A stretch of 64,000 nucleotides of DNA from an uncultured delta proteobacterium (GTDB taxonomy: Bacteria; Desulfobacterota; WTBG01; CAIYCZ01; CAIRTM01): positions 211,672 to 275,671 of the forward strand of contig CAWDSQ010000014.1 of NCBI GenBank assembly GCA_963804955.1, given 5' to 3'. Numbering within the stretch: position 1 is the first letter of the stretch; the number at the start of each line of letters is the position of its first letter. This document shows, one piece after another, positions 28,189 to 39,270 of this stretch. The notes beneath the pieces are model-generated. The model made no database searches, was not told the DNA's origin, and worked only from the letters and a program-made list of their open reading frames with translations. The translations under genes were made by a program, and so were the position numbers.

Positions 28189-29871
28189 TCACTTATACCG
28201 CAATTGTTCAATTTCTCCAGTGAGCATCTTTTGCAAATGGACCCCGTGAATCATTTTTTCTGCATTGTAAATATTCATGAAATGGGTGTCCAGAGGCGGC
28301 ACATAGAATTTCATGGCGTGATTGCGCGCAAGTTCACGGTAATTAACCGGAAATAAAGGACGCGGGTCTTTGCCCCTTATACTATACGATAAAGACATAC
28401 ATCCAAATGCGATCCTGGCATGCGCCCAAAATTCAAAAATAGTACCGATTGAAAAAATGAAACAAATGGGGAGCACAACGGCAACACGATTTATTCGTGT
28501 ATTACAGAGCTCATTGATCAGTTGACATCTGGGCACATATTTTGAAAACAGGACATAGAAGACAAAGGTTGGCAAAAACATGCCTCTCATCGAATAGTTA
28601 TTGTAGTTAGTATAAGCGATAATATATGTGGAGAGAAAACATAATAACGCAGCAACGAAATACTTCCTGTCTTTATTACTAAACCGAGGAAATAGAAAAA
28701 AGAGCACTACCGGTATGAAGCAAAATTCAACCAAAGTGACTAATAAAAACCAGACAGGTAACGATAATAATTTGTTGAGAAAAAAACTATCAGTGAAAGC
28801 AAGATGAAAACTGGCAGGAATAAAGCCCATCCCGTGGGGTCTGTTCAAAAAAAGCTGTATTGGCAGCAGTAATGTAATGATTAGAATCGGTAAAACACGA
28901 ATATTTAAAAATCGATTGATAATCAGTCTGTATTCAATGGCACAGAAGAGAGGCACAGCAAAAAAGGCAAACACACTGCTGTAAAACCCGGCTATCAATA
29001 ATAAGCCGACGACCAAGGCTTTAGTTGTTTTATGTACATAACTGGTTTTTGAAAGGAATATGAATGCCAGTACAGTTGCGTAAAAACCCAGTACGTGTGG
29101 CATGGTCCAGAATAATGCCGAAAAAAAAGACGAGATCTGGGCATTCCCATGCAAAAACAGTGCTCCTTGCCACCCATCGTGATGATTGACCAGCGGGGCC
29201 TTTAAAAAGACACTATCTGCAAGCCAGTCCAGACCACCAAAAGCAGTAAAAAGGAACACCATTATCCAAAGGGACCTGCGGTTTGGTGTTAACAGATTGA
29301 CAATCTCAAGTAAACTGCCAAATATAAGAGGATAATACAGTGCATTCCCCACGCAGATGGCATCCTTTAAAGTAATAAATGGCAGAGCCAGTTTCATGAC
29401 GGCAAAAGGAATCATTGAAGCGTAATAATACGAGTAATAATAATCCTGGTTGGCAAAATGCCTGAGAGGGAAAGAGTCCGACATCGTCATGGAAATCAGA
29501 CCGGATATTCGCTGTGTATCATCCCATTGTACTTGAACAATGTTACCCGGAAGCCATTCCAGCAAGTAAGGGACACGTAAAAAGGAGAGCAGAAGCCAAA
29601 AGCCAGCCAGCCAGCTGATCATCCCCCAAGAAATGCATAAGGTTGTTCGTTTGGCAGATGCCTGGAAAACAAGCCGACTGCCGGCCAGCAAGCATGCTGG
29701 GTAGATCACGAGAAGCCACCAGACCGGGGTTTTGAGAGTGTTGCACACTATCAACGTGAACAGATTGCTTATCAAGACGAGAGCAAGGGTCTTTGTGAAA
29801 AGTAAACGGGTTAAAGCGGTACCGAGAATGGTGTTTGGCAAGGATTTCATGCTTATCCGAAAAAACCTCAT
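28189..29871 (-). CDS. Polytopic membrane protein, putative GT-C glycosyltransferase
   Basis: Many TM helices, acidic WDD loop, YSYYY, GGLDW; adjacent to GT2. Confidence 0.55.
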   Translation of the reverse strand: MRFFRISMKSLPNTILGTALTRLLFTKTLALVLISNLFTLIVCNTLKTPVWWLLVIYPACLLAGSRLVFQASAKRTTLCISWGMISWLAGFWLLLSFLRVPYLLEWLPGNIVQVQWDDTQRISGLISMTMSDSFPLRHFANQDYYYSYYYASMIPFAVMKLALPFITLKDAICVGNALYYPLIFGSLLEIVNLLTPNRRSLWIMVFLFTAFGGLDWLADSVFLKAPLVNHHDGWQGALFLHGNAQISSFFSALFWTMPHVLGFYATVLAFIFLSKTSYVHKTTKALVVGLLLIAGFYSSVFAFFAVPLFCAIEYRLIINRFLNIRVLPILIITLLLPIQLFLNRPHGMGFIPASFHLAFTDSFFLNKLLSLPVWFLLVTLVEFCFIPVVLFFLFPRFSNKDRKYFVAALLCFLSTYIIAYTNYNNYSMRGMFLPTFVFYVLFSKYVPRCQLINELCNTRINRVAVVLPICFIFSIGTIFEFWAHARIAFGCMSLSYSIRGKDPRPLFPVNYRELARNHAMKFYVPPLDTHFMNIYNAEKMIHGVHLQKMLTGEIEQLRYK

Positions 29872-29879
29872 TTCAGGTT

Positions 29880-31208
29880 CTATATGAACTTCATCTTCCT
29901 GGCTGCAAACATGAGCATGCTCAAAAGCAGTACACCATGACGCCAGCGCTGAATATTGGTGGTCCCGTAGGTCCGCTCTTTGTACTGGACCGGCAGTTCG
30001 ACGATCTTCATACCCAAACTGCTTGCACCGAAAATAAGGTCGAAATCACCGAACGGGTCGAAATCACCGAAATATGACCGATGAGCAGCAATTTTCAGAT
30101 AGTTCTCCCGGGACAATACTTTGGTTCCGCACAGCGTGTCTTTGAAACGCTGTCCGATGACAAAGGAAAAAGCCATCGCAAAAAATTTGTTTCCCAGAAT
30201 ATTCCAGAACCTCATTGCCTTTGCATCCATCGGATACACAAGCCTGCTGCCATTGATGAATTCTCCCCTGTTCTCAACCAGCGCCCTATAAAATTTGGGC
30301 AGATCTTCGGGCATTACTGACAAATCGGCGTCAAGAATCATGAGTATCTCCCGGGAAGCCAGTTCGAAACCCGTTCGTACTGCGTCTCCCTTTCCGTGTC
30401 CGCCTTGCTGCGCTATGAGTATCTTTTTTACGGAGGAGTATTTTTCTGCCATGTCCCCGATCACCTTCCAGGTGTCGTCAGTTGAATGACCTTCAACAAA
30501 TATCAACTCGTCGTCGGGTCCCATGCGGGGAATTCTTTGAATAAGACTCTCGATAGTGCCCGCTTCGTTGCGGGCTGCAACAACAACGGAGACCGAGGGG
30601 GCCACAGGCGCCGTGTCTTTAATCAGAGGTCTGGCCACAAGGATGTTGACCATGGAAAAAAGCCGAAAAAAAGGCAATGGCGCAAGGTATCTGTTCAGAA
30701 GATTGCTCAGCAAGGGGACATACACGGGACAAAGTATGTGTTGCCCCCGCCGTACAGTTTCAAAACCGGTCAAAAAAAGCAGATTATCGATGTCGTCGTG
30801 TGCTATCCAGTTTTGTTCGGGAGTCCGGCAGCGCAGGCGCAATTTAGTAGCAAGCCGGATTATCGGTCTCCATAAGCTGCTGTAATAGGTAATGATCAGT
30901 CGCGTTTGAGCAGTGCAGACCGTGTGCAACTCCTGGAGCAAACATTGAATATCACTCTCATAATGCAGATTTCCATTTAAGAGCAAAAAATCGGGCTTGA
31001 ATTTTCCAATATCCGGCAGCGATGTTATACGTGCAACCGAATCCGGCAATTCCAGCGTCGAAGATTGCGGGGCATACACTGCCGCTAGCCGATCCGGGAA
31101 CAATTTCAGAAGATGTCCGTGCTGGGGTAAAATCTCCACAACTGAAGACTTATGCCTGATAAAAAGAGCTATATACTTGCAGAGCAGTGCGTAGAAATAA
31201 GTTTTCAT
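29880..31208 (-). CDS. GT2 glycosyltransferase with N-terminal methyltransferase-like domain
   Basis: VSVVVAARNE, GKGDAVR, ILDADL, DTLCGTK. Confidence 0.9.
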   Translation of the reverse strand: MKTYFYALLCKYIALFIRHKSSVVEILPQHGHLLKLFPDRLAAVYAPQSSTLELPDSVARITSLPDIGKFKPDFLLLNGNLHYESDIQCLLQELHTVCTAQTRLIITYYSSLWRPIIRLATKLRLRCRTPEQNWIAHDDIDNLLFLTGFETVRRGQHILCPVYVPLLSNLLNRYLAPLPFFRLFSMVNILVARPLIKDTAPVAPSVSVVVAARNEAGTIESLIQRIPRMGPDDELIFVEGHSTDDTWKVIGDMAEKYSSVKKILIAQQGGHGKGDAVRTGFELASREILMILDADLSVMPEDLPKFYRALVENRGEFINGSRLVYPMDAKAMRFWNILGNKFFAMAFSFVIGQRFKDTLCGTKVLSRENYLKIAAHRSYFGDFDPFGDFDLIFGASSLGMKIVELPVQYKERTYGTTNIQRWRHGVLLLSMLMFAARKMKFI

Positions 31209-31307
31209 ATCTTTTTAGAAGTCTCGAAAAAATTGTTTTAAAACCTTTTTAGTGGGCTGTGACATTTAAAATTAACAGTTAGTCTCCAGCCCCTTCATCC
31301 CCTTCAA

Positions 31308-32138
31308 TTAGGGAGATGAGAAAAAACAAGCCTCCCACTCCCCTTGGGGAGAGGGTTGGGGTGAGGGGCGCCAAAATAAATTGTCCCAGTCCACTAGTAG
31401 AAATGCGACCTGATTTTTTGTTGCAAGGAGCGTGTAGTAGTCTTTTTCTTTAAATCCGAGCAAGCTGTCGGAATATTCAACAAGCTTTCTTCCACTCACA
31501 ATATACAGAAAAAAATTATGGCCGCATAGCATATCGATTACTGCCTGATACGTTGTTCCCGCCTCGCGCAATCCATACGGCCATAATTCCATGAGTATGG
31601 TCAGTTGCGGATTGGCGCGCAGCGTTTGCTGCATTCCCATAAGCGCCTTATATTCATGACCCTGAATGTCCATTTTGATAAAATCGACCGGCTTTCCCTG
31701 TAAAAATGAATCCAGGGAAAAGCAGGCTACTTGTTGCTTTATTCTGTTTTCAGCCGTGGGATGGGTCCTGTGATCGACGTTCAAATCGGTGGAGATATAT
31801 AAATCAACAACTCCGGTTTTGTCGCTTATGGCGGCCTGGTGGGCTGTAACCATGGACAGGCGCCGGGTAAACTTCTGAAGAAACGCGAAGTTGCGGGGGT
31901 GAGGTTCGAACGCGTGTACTTCCCCGGCGGGGCCGGTGAGCTTTGCAAGCAGCCGTGTATAGACACCGATGTTTGCCCCTATGTCAACGACCCTGTCTCC
32001 CGCGTTGACGAATCGTCGTAAGAGCGACATGCTGCCGCTGTCGCTGATGCGCTTATAGAGCAGATACAATGGATAATACAGCCAGAAAGCATGGGTATAG
32101 GCCATATTGGCCAGGCGAAAAAGCGGATAGGTTTTCAT
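31308..32138 (-). CDS. FkbM-family methyltransferase
   Basis: DIGANIG, AFEP, IKMDIQGHE. Confidence 0.92.
   Translation of the reverse strand: MKTYPLFRLANMAYTHAFWLYYPLYLLYKRISDSGSMSLLRRFVNAGDRVVDIGANIGVYTRLLAKLTGPAGEVHAFEPHPRNFAFLQKFTRRLSMVTAHQAAISDKTGVVDLYISTDLNVDHRTHPTAENRIKQQVACFSLDSFLQGKPVDFIKMDIQGHEYKALMGMQQTLRANPQLTILMELWPYGLREAGTTYQAVIDMLCGHNFFLYIVSGRKLVEYSDSLLGFKEKDYYTLLATKNQVAFLLVDWDNLFWRPSPQPSPQGEWEACFFSSP
31331..31368 (-). repeat. REP-like element (CCCCTCACCCCAACCCTCTCCCC..) in the FkbM 3' end
   Basis: cctcccactccccttggggagagggttggggtgagggg; encodes PSPQPSPQGE. Confidence 0.65.
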
Positions 32139-32139
32139 G

Positions 32140-33753
32140 TTATTGGCAGAACCCCCACGGCCGTCTGCCGTATTCTTTCAAGAGAATTTTCATGTTTTGC
32201 GGAAGATGCGGCATGTAGAAACGCCAGTATATCCTGGAAGAAATACCCCTGGGATCATTAAGAACCGGGCCAAAAGTCACCGCTGAATTCCCTAAAACAG
32301 CTATCACCAGCAGGGCATTCAAAAACCATTTTCGATACTGCCTTGCTGGGGAGCTTTTAAGTTCCTGAAATACGCGGGTCAGGTAAAACAGCAAAACGAC
32401 GAATATGGGTTGATAAATGCGGGCGATCCAGTTTCCGCCCATCCACCATACACCGCGCGGTGGAGGGCAATTGATAAGCAGAAAGACTAAACCAATGCTG
32501 ACCAGCACGCATATTTCCGGGAGAGTTAAACGCACTTTAGCAATACAGGCGGCAATAATGAACAGTATCGGTAAAAAGAGAAAACAGGAAAAAAAGAAAT
32601 TGGCAATCAGGTTCTCAGGTAATTTTTTTATTGTTTCAACCCACTGCTCAAAGGGTGCAGGATTGAAATAGCTATCCGGAACATTGCCATACATGTCGGT
32701 ATTAATGCTTGCAAACGAACTGCCCAGGCAGTAGTGCAGCACAACCCACCACAGTGCAACAAAGAGCAGCATGCCGAACAGTGCTGCAGGGATCCGCCGG
32801 TACTGTTTTCTGACCAAAAGCATCATAACCGCAGCAGGACCAAAATAGGTCATAAAATCATATCCGGCAAACAGCAGTCCCATGCCTATCGAAACAATCC
32901 ACACGCTGCGGGCGCACATGTCTTTATCCAGTTTCCATAAAAGCATATACAACCACAAACAACCGGGAACTATCAGCGAGTATACGAAGGGTTGCCCTGC
33001 GTAATACGCAATTCCGGGGTATACCGCCAACAGCCATAAACCGGCTATTGCACCGGCTTCACCGCTCGTCCTGAGAGAGAACACTGCAAAGCTTGAAAAT
33101 GCAAGCACCGTGAGCAGAAAATTCGTTATGATGCCGCCCAGGTCATGTTCAAAAATTTTCATAAAGGGATAAGCAATAATATTATAGAGGATCCGGCGAA
33201 GTACTACACTGGACTCCCAGGTTTGTTTGGGCTTTCCATCCAGTAGAAAAAACAACGGGACAAAATACTTATAATCTCCGTTATACAAATAATGGCATTC
33301 TGGTTCGACAAACGGAAAATGGTATTCCGGTGGCAATATAAACGTGTTGGCATAGGGAGAAAGCGTTCCTGTTGACAGGTAGATCGCTGCACTGAGAACC
33401 GTTAGGGAGCAAAAAAAATGAACTTTAAACCGCAGGGACGTCTTTTGGAAATAAAAAAAAAGTCTTTCGGCTGTTTGAAACAGCGATTGGCGTACGGCAA
33501 CCTGCAGAAGACATAAGAACAATAAAAGCAGACACATCCACGAATTCAACCGAAAAACCGTTCTGCTTCTCTGGTAAATAGCCGATGGCTCGTTTGAACA
33601 AAACTGTATAAATCCAAACAACGCGATTTCAAGGGCGATAAAAAATACAAAGACCATTACTACAGTTCTTTCGGAACGGAAACCCCGTAGTGTATGGCTG
33701 CTTTGCAGCATTGGGTCATTTGTCGAAGCTGAAAAACCAGAGATCCAACGCAT
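32140..33753 (-). CDS. Polytopic membrane protein, putative GT-C glycosyltransferase
   Basis: Multiple TM segments, context of glycosylation genes. Confidence 0.5.
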   Translation of the reverse strand: MRWISGFSASTNDPMLQSSHTLRGFRSERTVVMVFVFFIALEIALFGFIQFCSNEPSAIYQRSRTVFRLNSWMCLLLLFLCLLQVAVRQSLFQTAERLFFYFQKTSLRFKVHFFCSLTVLSAAIYLSTGTLSPYANTFILPPEYHFPFVEPECHYLYNGDYKYFVPLFFLLDGKPKQTWESSVVLRRILYNIIAYPFMKIFEHDLGGIITNFLLTVLAFSSFAVFSLRTSGEAGAIAGLWLLAVYPGIAYYAGQPFVYSLIVPGCLWLYMLLWKLDKDMCARSVWIVSIGMGLLFAGYDFMTYFGPAAVMMLLVRKQYRRIPAALFGMLLFVALWWVVLHYCLGSSFASINTDMYGNVPDSYFNPAPFEQWVETIKKLPENLIANFFFSCFLFLPILFIIAACIAKVRLTLPEICVLVSIGLVFLLINCPPPRGVWWMGGNWIARIYQPIFVVLLFYLTRVFQELKSSPARQYRKWFLNALLVIAVLGNSAVTFGPVLNDPRGISSRIYWRFYMPHLPQNMKILLKEYGRRPWGFCQ

Positions 33754-33890
33754 GGGGCCCCATTTCCCGAAAAGAATAATTTTATTTTTACCGATTTATA
33801 ATGTATTATTCTGCTAAATGCAAGTGATACCATCTGTGATCAAGATGTTTCCACGTAAAACACAATTACTATTTATATAAAGTTCTTAAT

Positions 33891-34616
33891 ATGGATACCC
33901 GCTTACAGAATGAGATCGAGCATGGAAAGTACCTTGCAGGTGAAGGTGCAGGTGAAGTCTGGAACTGGGAATCACCGGCTGGCAAACTTCGCTGGCAGAG
34001 AAGAGTGAAGATGCTTACAGCGCATTTGAAATCATCGGATAAAGTATTGGAAATCGGATGCGGAACCGGATATTTCACGAAAGAAATTGTAAAAACAAGT
34101 GCCGAAGTTACAGCTATTGATATTTCTCCTGAGTTACTCGAAATCGCCAAACTCGAAATCACTGAAACCAATGTAAAATTCAGGCTTGATAATGCCTATG
34201 ATCTGAGTTTTGATGATTGCAGTTTTGATTCAATAGTAGGGAGTTCGGTGCTTCATCACCTGGAAATTGTAAAAGCGATCAGCGAAATGTTCCGGGTTCT
34301 GAAACCTGGTGGCAGCATGTTTTTCACCGAACCCAACATGATCAACCCACAAATCGCGCTTCAAAAGAATATTCCTGCGTTGAAACGCAAACTCGGCGAC
34401 TCGCCTGATGAAACGGCCTTTTTCCGCTGGTCATTGAAAAAACTCATGAATAAAACCGGGTTTACCGAAATCATCATCAAGCCTTTTGATTTTCTTCATC
34501 CTGCATTATTTCCTTCGCTCATACCATTTATTGCATCGCTGGGTGAAACTATAGAAAAAATTCCTTTACTGAAGGAAATCGCGGGGTCACTCTACATTAC
34601 TGCAAAGAAGCCTTAA
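33891..34616 (+). CDS. Class I SAM-dependent methyltransferase
   Basis: VLEIGCGTG, SVLHHL, RVLKPGG. Confidence 0.93.
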   Translation: MDTRLQNEIEHGKYLAGEGAGEVWNWESPAGKLRWQRRVKMLTAHLKSSDKVLEIGCGTGYFTKEIVKTSAEVTAIDISPELLEIAKLEITETNVKFRLDNAYDLSFDDCSFDSIVGSSVLHHLEIVKAISEMFRVLKPGGSMFFTEPNMINPQIALQKNIPALKRKLGDSPDETAFFRWSLKKLMNKTGFTEIIIKPFDFLHPALFPSLIPFIASLGETIEKIPLLKEIAGSLYITAKKP

Positions 34617-34831
34617 ACTGCTATTTTTCTTAAAATACCTGTAAATATATCGATATTCTTCTCCTTCACCTGTATATCGTTTTGCCGCCTTTTTTGAACA
34701 GTTTTTCAGATTTTTAGCGGGTATTTTTCGTATAATTTTTTTTGACTCTGAGGGGTATGATTGGTACGTGGATTCCCAACGAAAGGCAATTTAAGCCCCT
34801 TAATACTGTTACAGAACTGTTAAAGGAATTT

Positions 34832-34880
34832 ATAAAAAAACGAGCACATGGAAGGCTTTCCCATGTGCTCGTTTTTTTAT
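34832..34880. terminator. Bidirectional terminator downstream of tRNA-Arg
   Basis: ATAAAAAAACGAGCACATGG..CCATGTGCTCGTTTTTTTAT. Confidence 0.85.
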
Positions 34881-34886
34881 GTTAAA

Positions 34887-34963
34887 TGGCGGGCGATATG
34901 CGACTCGAACGCACGACCTTTGGCTTCGGAGGCCAACACTCTATCCAGCTGAGCTAATCGCCC
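34887..34963 (-). tRNA. tRNA-Arg(CCG)
   Basis: GGGCGAT-TAGCTCAGCTGGATAGAG..TTGGC-CTCCGAA-GCCAA..GTTCGAGT..ATCGCCC-G-CCA; 77 nt cloverleaf. Confidence 0.97.
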
Positions 34964-35063
34964 GTGTTATGTGATGCAACCGGCTGAAGTTATACTGTGT
35001 TAAGGGCCGGATGTCAACCCGTGTTGTGGAAGCGGGCTGCACCGGCGCGGTAACCATAAAGAG

Positions 35064-35096
35064 AAAAAGGGGGCTTGCTGTGCGCAACCCCCTTTT
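35064..35096. terminator. Terminator hairpin
   Basis: AAAAAGGGGGCTTGC..GCAACCCCCTTTT. Confidence 0.7.
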
Positions 35097-35114
35097 CAAA
35101 CAGTCGGAAAAAAC

Positions 35115-36289
35115 TTACTTCTTCATGCTGACAATGATCTCGGTCGTCTTGGCGCCCTTGGCGATATGCGACTTAATCTTGAAGGATGCCTTCTTGTCGG
35201 TCCTGGTTGCCTTCAGAACATTGGCAATAAAATCTTCGTCCATGGCGGCAAGGTCTGCCTTGTAGGCAGGGGGCGCCTGCAGCATGTCGCCGACCTGCAC
35301 AAAGGGGTCAGCCGCAGCGGTCAGGGTAACGGTGCCGTCGGCATTTTGGGTCTGCGTGAAGGCAATGTATTTCTTCTTTTCGCAGTACGCGATAATGGAA
35401 GCGATGTCTTCGGCGGTCTTGATCTTGCCGATTTCCAGATCAAGCTTGGCATCTTTCACCCACATCTTGGGGAAGGTCTGCCACAGCTTCAGATAGATTT
35501 CCTTTGCCTTGGGCTTTACGTTCAGGAACAGCTGCAGCCAGGCAAGAAAATCGACAGCGAAAAATCCAAGGAATGAGCCCGGGCCCTGCTCCTCGAAGGT
35601 GCGCTTCTGTTTTTTCAGAATATAGGCCACCGGCTCCTGATTGCCCATTTCAAGGTCGATGAACCTTCTTTCGACTTCAGGCAGGGGCAGATCGGGATTG
35701 GCGGCGCGGGTGCGCAGAATGATCTGACAGGCGCAGGCTGCGCCGTCGCGGCAGCGGCCGGAGGGCAGCTCGACAAGGATTTCTTCCTTGAGGCCGACCT
35801 TCTTGGCTTTCTCGATCAGCTCCCAGATATACACATAGGTCAGGTACACTTCCTGCCGGTAATAGTCATGGCGGCAATAGGTGCAGTCTGCCGGGCCGTA
35901 GGCCGGATTTGCGCACCACTGCACATGGCCCACATGCTCGGTTTCCGTATTGCGGCGGGTAATGTACAGCGCGGGCACGCCGATAAAGCAGTCTTCGACA
36001 ATGCGGCCAAGGGTGGGCAGGTCTTTTACTTCCTTGAGGCCGAACTTTGCCATGGCGCCGTCAAAGGACATGTCGGCCAGAGCGCTGCCCAGACATTGCC
36101 GTAATATTTCAGGCCGTCCTTCTCGCCCAGGGCGGGCTTGAAAGTGTTCCAGATATAGTAGACATGCCCGAACAGAGACTTGAGTGCCTCTACCGTCAGG
36201 TCCTTCAGGCTCATTTTCAGGGCCTTGGCATGGGCATCCATGAACGGAAGAAACGGTGAGGGTGCTGATTTTGCTGCTTTGGTTGCCAT
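35115..36289 (-). CDS. Hypothetical two-domain protein, V4R/ATC-hydrolase-like (frameshift near 36080)
   Basis: ORFs 36026-36289 and 35115-36071 join; helical N-part plus WCANP..C..GRC..CAC; repeated architecture; GGAG RBS. Confidence 0.5.
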
Positions 36290-36478
36290 GAAACTCTCCT
36301 TCAGTAAATAAGGTTTATAGGGTTATATGCTGTAGTACGCGTCCAGGAAAAAGCCTGTGCGGCACATATCTATTATATAAATCTCGGCTTGCCATTGTCA
36401 AACAAAAACGAGCTTCTATAGGCTTCCGAACCATTGCACGGGCGGGGGTTGCCGCATGCTGCAGTGCTGCCGCCGGCA

Positions 36479-36909
36479 TCAGCCCTGCTCGGTGATCACG
36501 ATGCCCTTTTCCTTCACGAAACACGCCGAATTTCTGGTCAATCTGCTGAATGTGCTTGATCAGCCAGTTGCCGAGAAACGTATTGACGGCAGTCTGCAAG
36601 AATCTGGGTGGGGCCGTCTTCTTCAAAATCCCGCACCAGGTCAGTGAGCGTGCCCCGCAACTCCTCGTGCTTCTGCAGGTGCTCTGCAAGCCCGGGATAG
36701 CTATGCGCGGTCATGTGCTTCTCTTCCGTGGCGAAGTGAAAATGCGTATAGTCGATCAGAAAGCCCAGCGTCATGGCGATCTGCCGCTGAGCCCCATGTT
36801 CGGCAATGGCAGCTGATAAAGCATTAAACCGGTCTATCCACGTTTTATGCTGCTCATCGATCAAGGCTATGCCGACGGACAAAGTTTCATTCCATACCAG
36901 TTTTTCCAT
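36479..36909 (-). CDS. Bacteriohemerythrin (two apparent +1 frameshifts near 36595 and 36520)
   Basis: W...SVG...IDEQH, HFATEE, HLQKH, WLIKHIQQID. Confidence 0.88.
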
Positions 36910-37115
36910 GACGTATTCCTCCCTAGTGCACAAGCATCGCAAAATGTCGTTTGGTTTTTACAAAAGCATCCCCGACTGCCTCTTAAAAGAAAGAAACCAC
37001 AAAACAACAAAAAAGAAAAGCATGAATTTTTAAGCCTGCGTGCTGAGCGGCCATGCCCCGGCAGGCAGGGGAAAAGCGCGGGTAAACCCCTGCCCTGTTT
37101 TTTTCATACACGGGC

Positions 37116-37170
37116 TTGACAGGACCGGCAGTTTCAGATATATTTTAGTTGTATATACAACTAAAATATA
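37116..37170 (+). promoter_or_regulatory. Sigma70-type promoter overlapped by a perfect 32-bp palindromic operator
   Basis: TTGACA (37116)-17 bp-TATATT (37139); palindrome TATATTTTAGTTGTATATACAACTAAAATATA 37139-37170. Confidence 0.8.
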
Positions 37171-37326
37171 CGGGCGCGCTCTGCCCCCGTGCCCTGAAAC
37201 GCAAAGCCGCTCCCTGCAGGGCATTGATCCGAAACAGGTGGATATCTGCAGGATACGTTCTTTTAAAAACACCGGGCAATGTCAACGGGCAATAAAAACT
37301 CTTTTACTCTACGTGAGGAGAAAGTC

Positions 37327-39269
37327 ATGGCACAAAGCGTTTACGGATGGCAGGGAAAAATACTGCGGGTTAATCTAACAACAAAACAGATCAGCGAAGA
37401 GCCCCTGTCCGAGGAGCTGCGGCGCGGCTATATCGGCGGCGCGGGCATCAATGCGCGGCTGCTCTACGAGAGCCTCAAGGACAAAATCAATACCGACCCG
37501 CTGTCGCCGGACAACCCGCTCATCTTCGGCTTCGGCATTCTTGCCGGCACCATCCTTTCCCTGCTGTTCCCGCTTTACCGTCACCGCCAAAAGTCCGGTC
37601 ACCGGCATTTTCGGCGATTCAAACGCCGGCGGCTTTTTCCCGGCCCGCGTGAAGCAGGCTGGCTATGACCATATCGTTATAACCGGCAAAGCAGAAAAGC
37701 CTTCGTCTTCTGCTCATTGAAAAAGGCAAAAAGCCTGAAATCGTCGATGCCGCAGACCTCTGGGGCCTTGATTCCTATGAAACCGATACGAAAATTCAGG
37801 AGCGCTTCGGCAAATGCGAATCCGCGCGCATCGGACCGGCAGGGGAACATCTCGTGCGGTATGCAAATATTTATTCCGGCACGAGCCGCATCAGCTGCAA
37901 TGGCAAGACGGGCATGGGCTGCGTCATGGGCTCAAAAAACTTGAAGGCCGTCATTGTCAAAGGCACGGGAGAGGTGCCGGTTGCCGATGAAAAAGCCTTT
38001 GAAGAGCTTGCAAAAACATACCGCGACCTGTGGGCCGGCCATGTGACCTATTCCCATAAAGAATACGGCTCCCTCATGCTCATCGCGCAAACCAGCGATC
38101 AGACGCGCATTAATAACCAGCAGGTTCGCATCACGCCCGAGCAGATTGAAAAATATGATATTCTTGCGCTGGTTGAGAAATACAAAAAAGGCCAAACAGC
38201 CTGCTACCGCTGCCCCGTGGCCTGCACCATAAAATGGGAGGTTGATGAGGGGCCCTATAAAGGGGAAAAATCCGATAAGCTCGAGTTCGGCCACTATACC
38301 AATATGGGGCCGCTGCTGGGCATATTCGACTTCCCCTCCCTTGTGCATATCTCCGACAAGCTTAACCGCCTGGGCATGGACTGCATCACCTTCGGCTGGA
38401 TCATGGCCATGGCCATGGAGTGCTGGCAGCGCGGCATACTGACGGCGGAAGAGACAGGCGGCATCGAATTCAACTGGGGCGATGTGGCAGTGGTGTCGAA
38501 AATGCTCGACATGATCAGCCGCCGCGAGGGCTTTGGCAATGTGCTGGCCGACAGCATGCCCATGATCCTCAAAAAACTGAAGCCCGAGGCCGCTGACTAC
38601 GGCTTTCACATCAAAGGTCTGTCATTCTCCTACAACTGCACCCAGGCCGTGGCAATGAGCCTTGCTTCATCGGTTGCCACCCGCGGCGCCGACCATCTCA
38701 AGGGCCATCCCTTCCCGGCCATGATCGGCATTGAAGAAATGCTTGAGCGGGCCCTGGGCAAAGACCTGCCGCCGGAAATTCTCGTGCATTCAAGCCCCGT
38801 TGCCAAGGGCCGCGTCGTGTGGTGGAGCGAAAACTACAAAATGCTCATGGACAGCCTCGGCATCTGCTTCATTCCCATCGTGGCATCGGATGTTTTCGGT
38901 GAACCGCTGGTGCTGTTTAAGGAATTAGGCGAAATGTATCAGGCTGCTACCGGCCTTGATCCCGCAGACCTTTTTGAAGCTTCCGAGCGCGCCTACCAGA
39001 TCGAGAAATGCTTTAATGCGCTTCTCGGGATTTCCCGTAAGGACGATTATCGCAGCGGCACGCGCCGGGGCGAGGAAGATCCGATTCATCACCCCGGCAT
39101 GCTGGCTGAATATTACCGGTACCGGGGCTGCTCGGAAGACGGCCTGCCTACGGACAAGCGTCTGCGCGAAGTGGGCCTTGCGGATGAGGCCGGATTTCTT
39201 GAGCAGCACGGCTGCCTGGGCAAAAGCGACTGCCCGAAAATTGAAGAGCTGGCGCCCCCGCAGGTTTAG
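37327..39269 (+). CDS. Aldehyde:ferredoxin oxidoreductase family (W/Mo-pterin); frameshifts near 37555 and 37710
   Basis: [46 protein letters not shown]. Confidence 0.9.
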
Positions 39270-39270
39270 A

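Noticed and set aside
34887..34910. attL/attR duplication of the tRNA-Arg 3' end
   Set aside because: No second copy found by eye and no integrase in the window.
37190..37250. c-di-GMP-I riboswitch suggested by ACGCAAAGC
   Set aside because: The upstream GCAAA-stem-GNRA hairpin and the downstream receptor stem could not be built; an Infernal scan would settle it.
37550..37720. Programmed frameshifting or selenocysteine readthrough in AOR and other split genes
   Set aside because: The breaks are frame changes, not in-frame TGA, and share no slippery motif; sequencing error is simpler.
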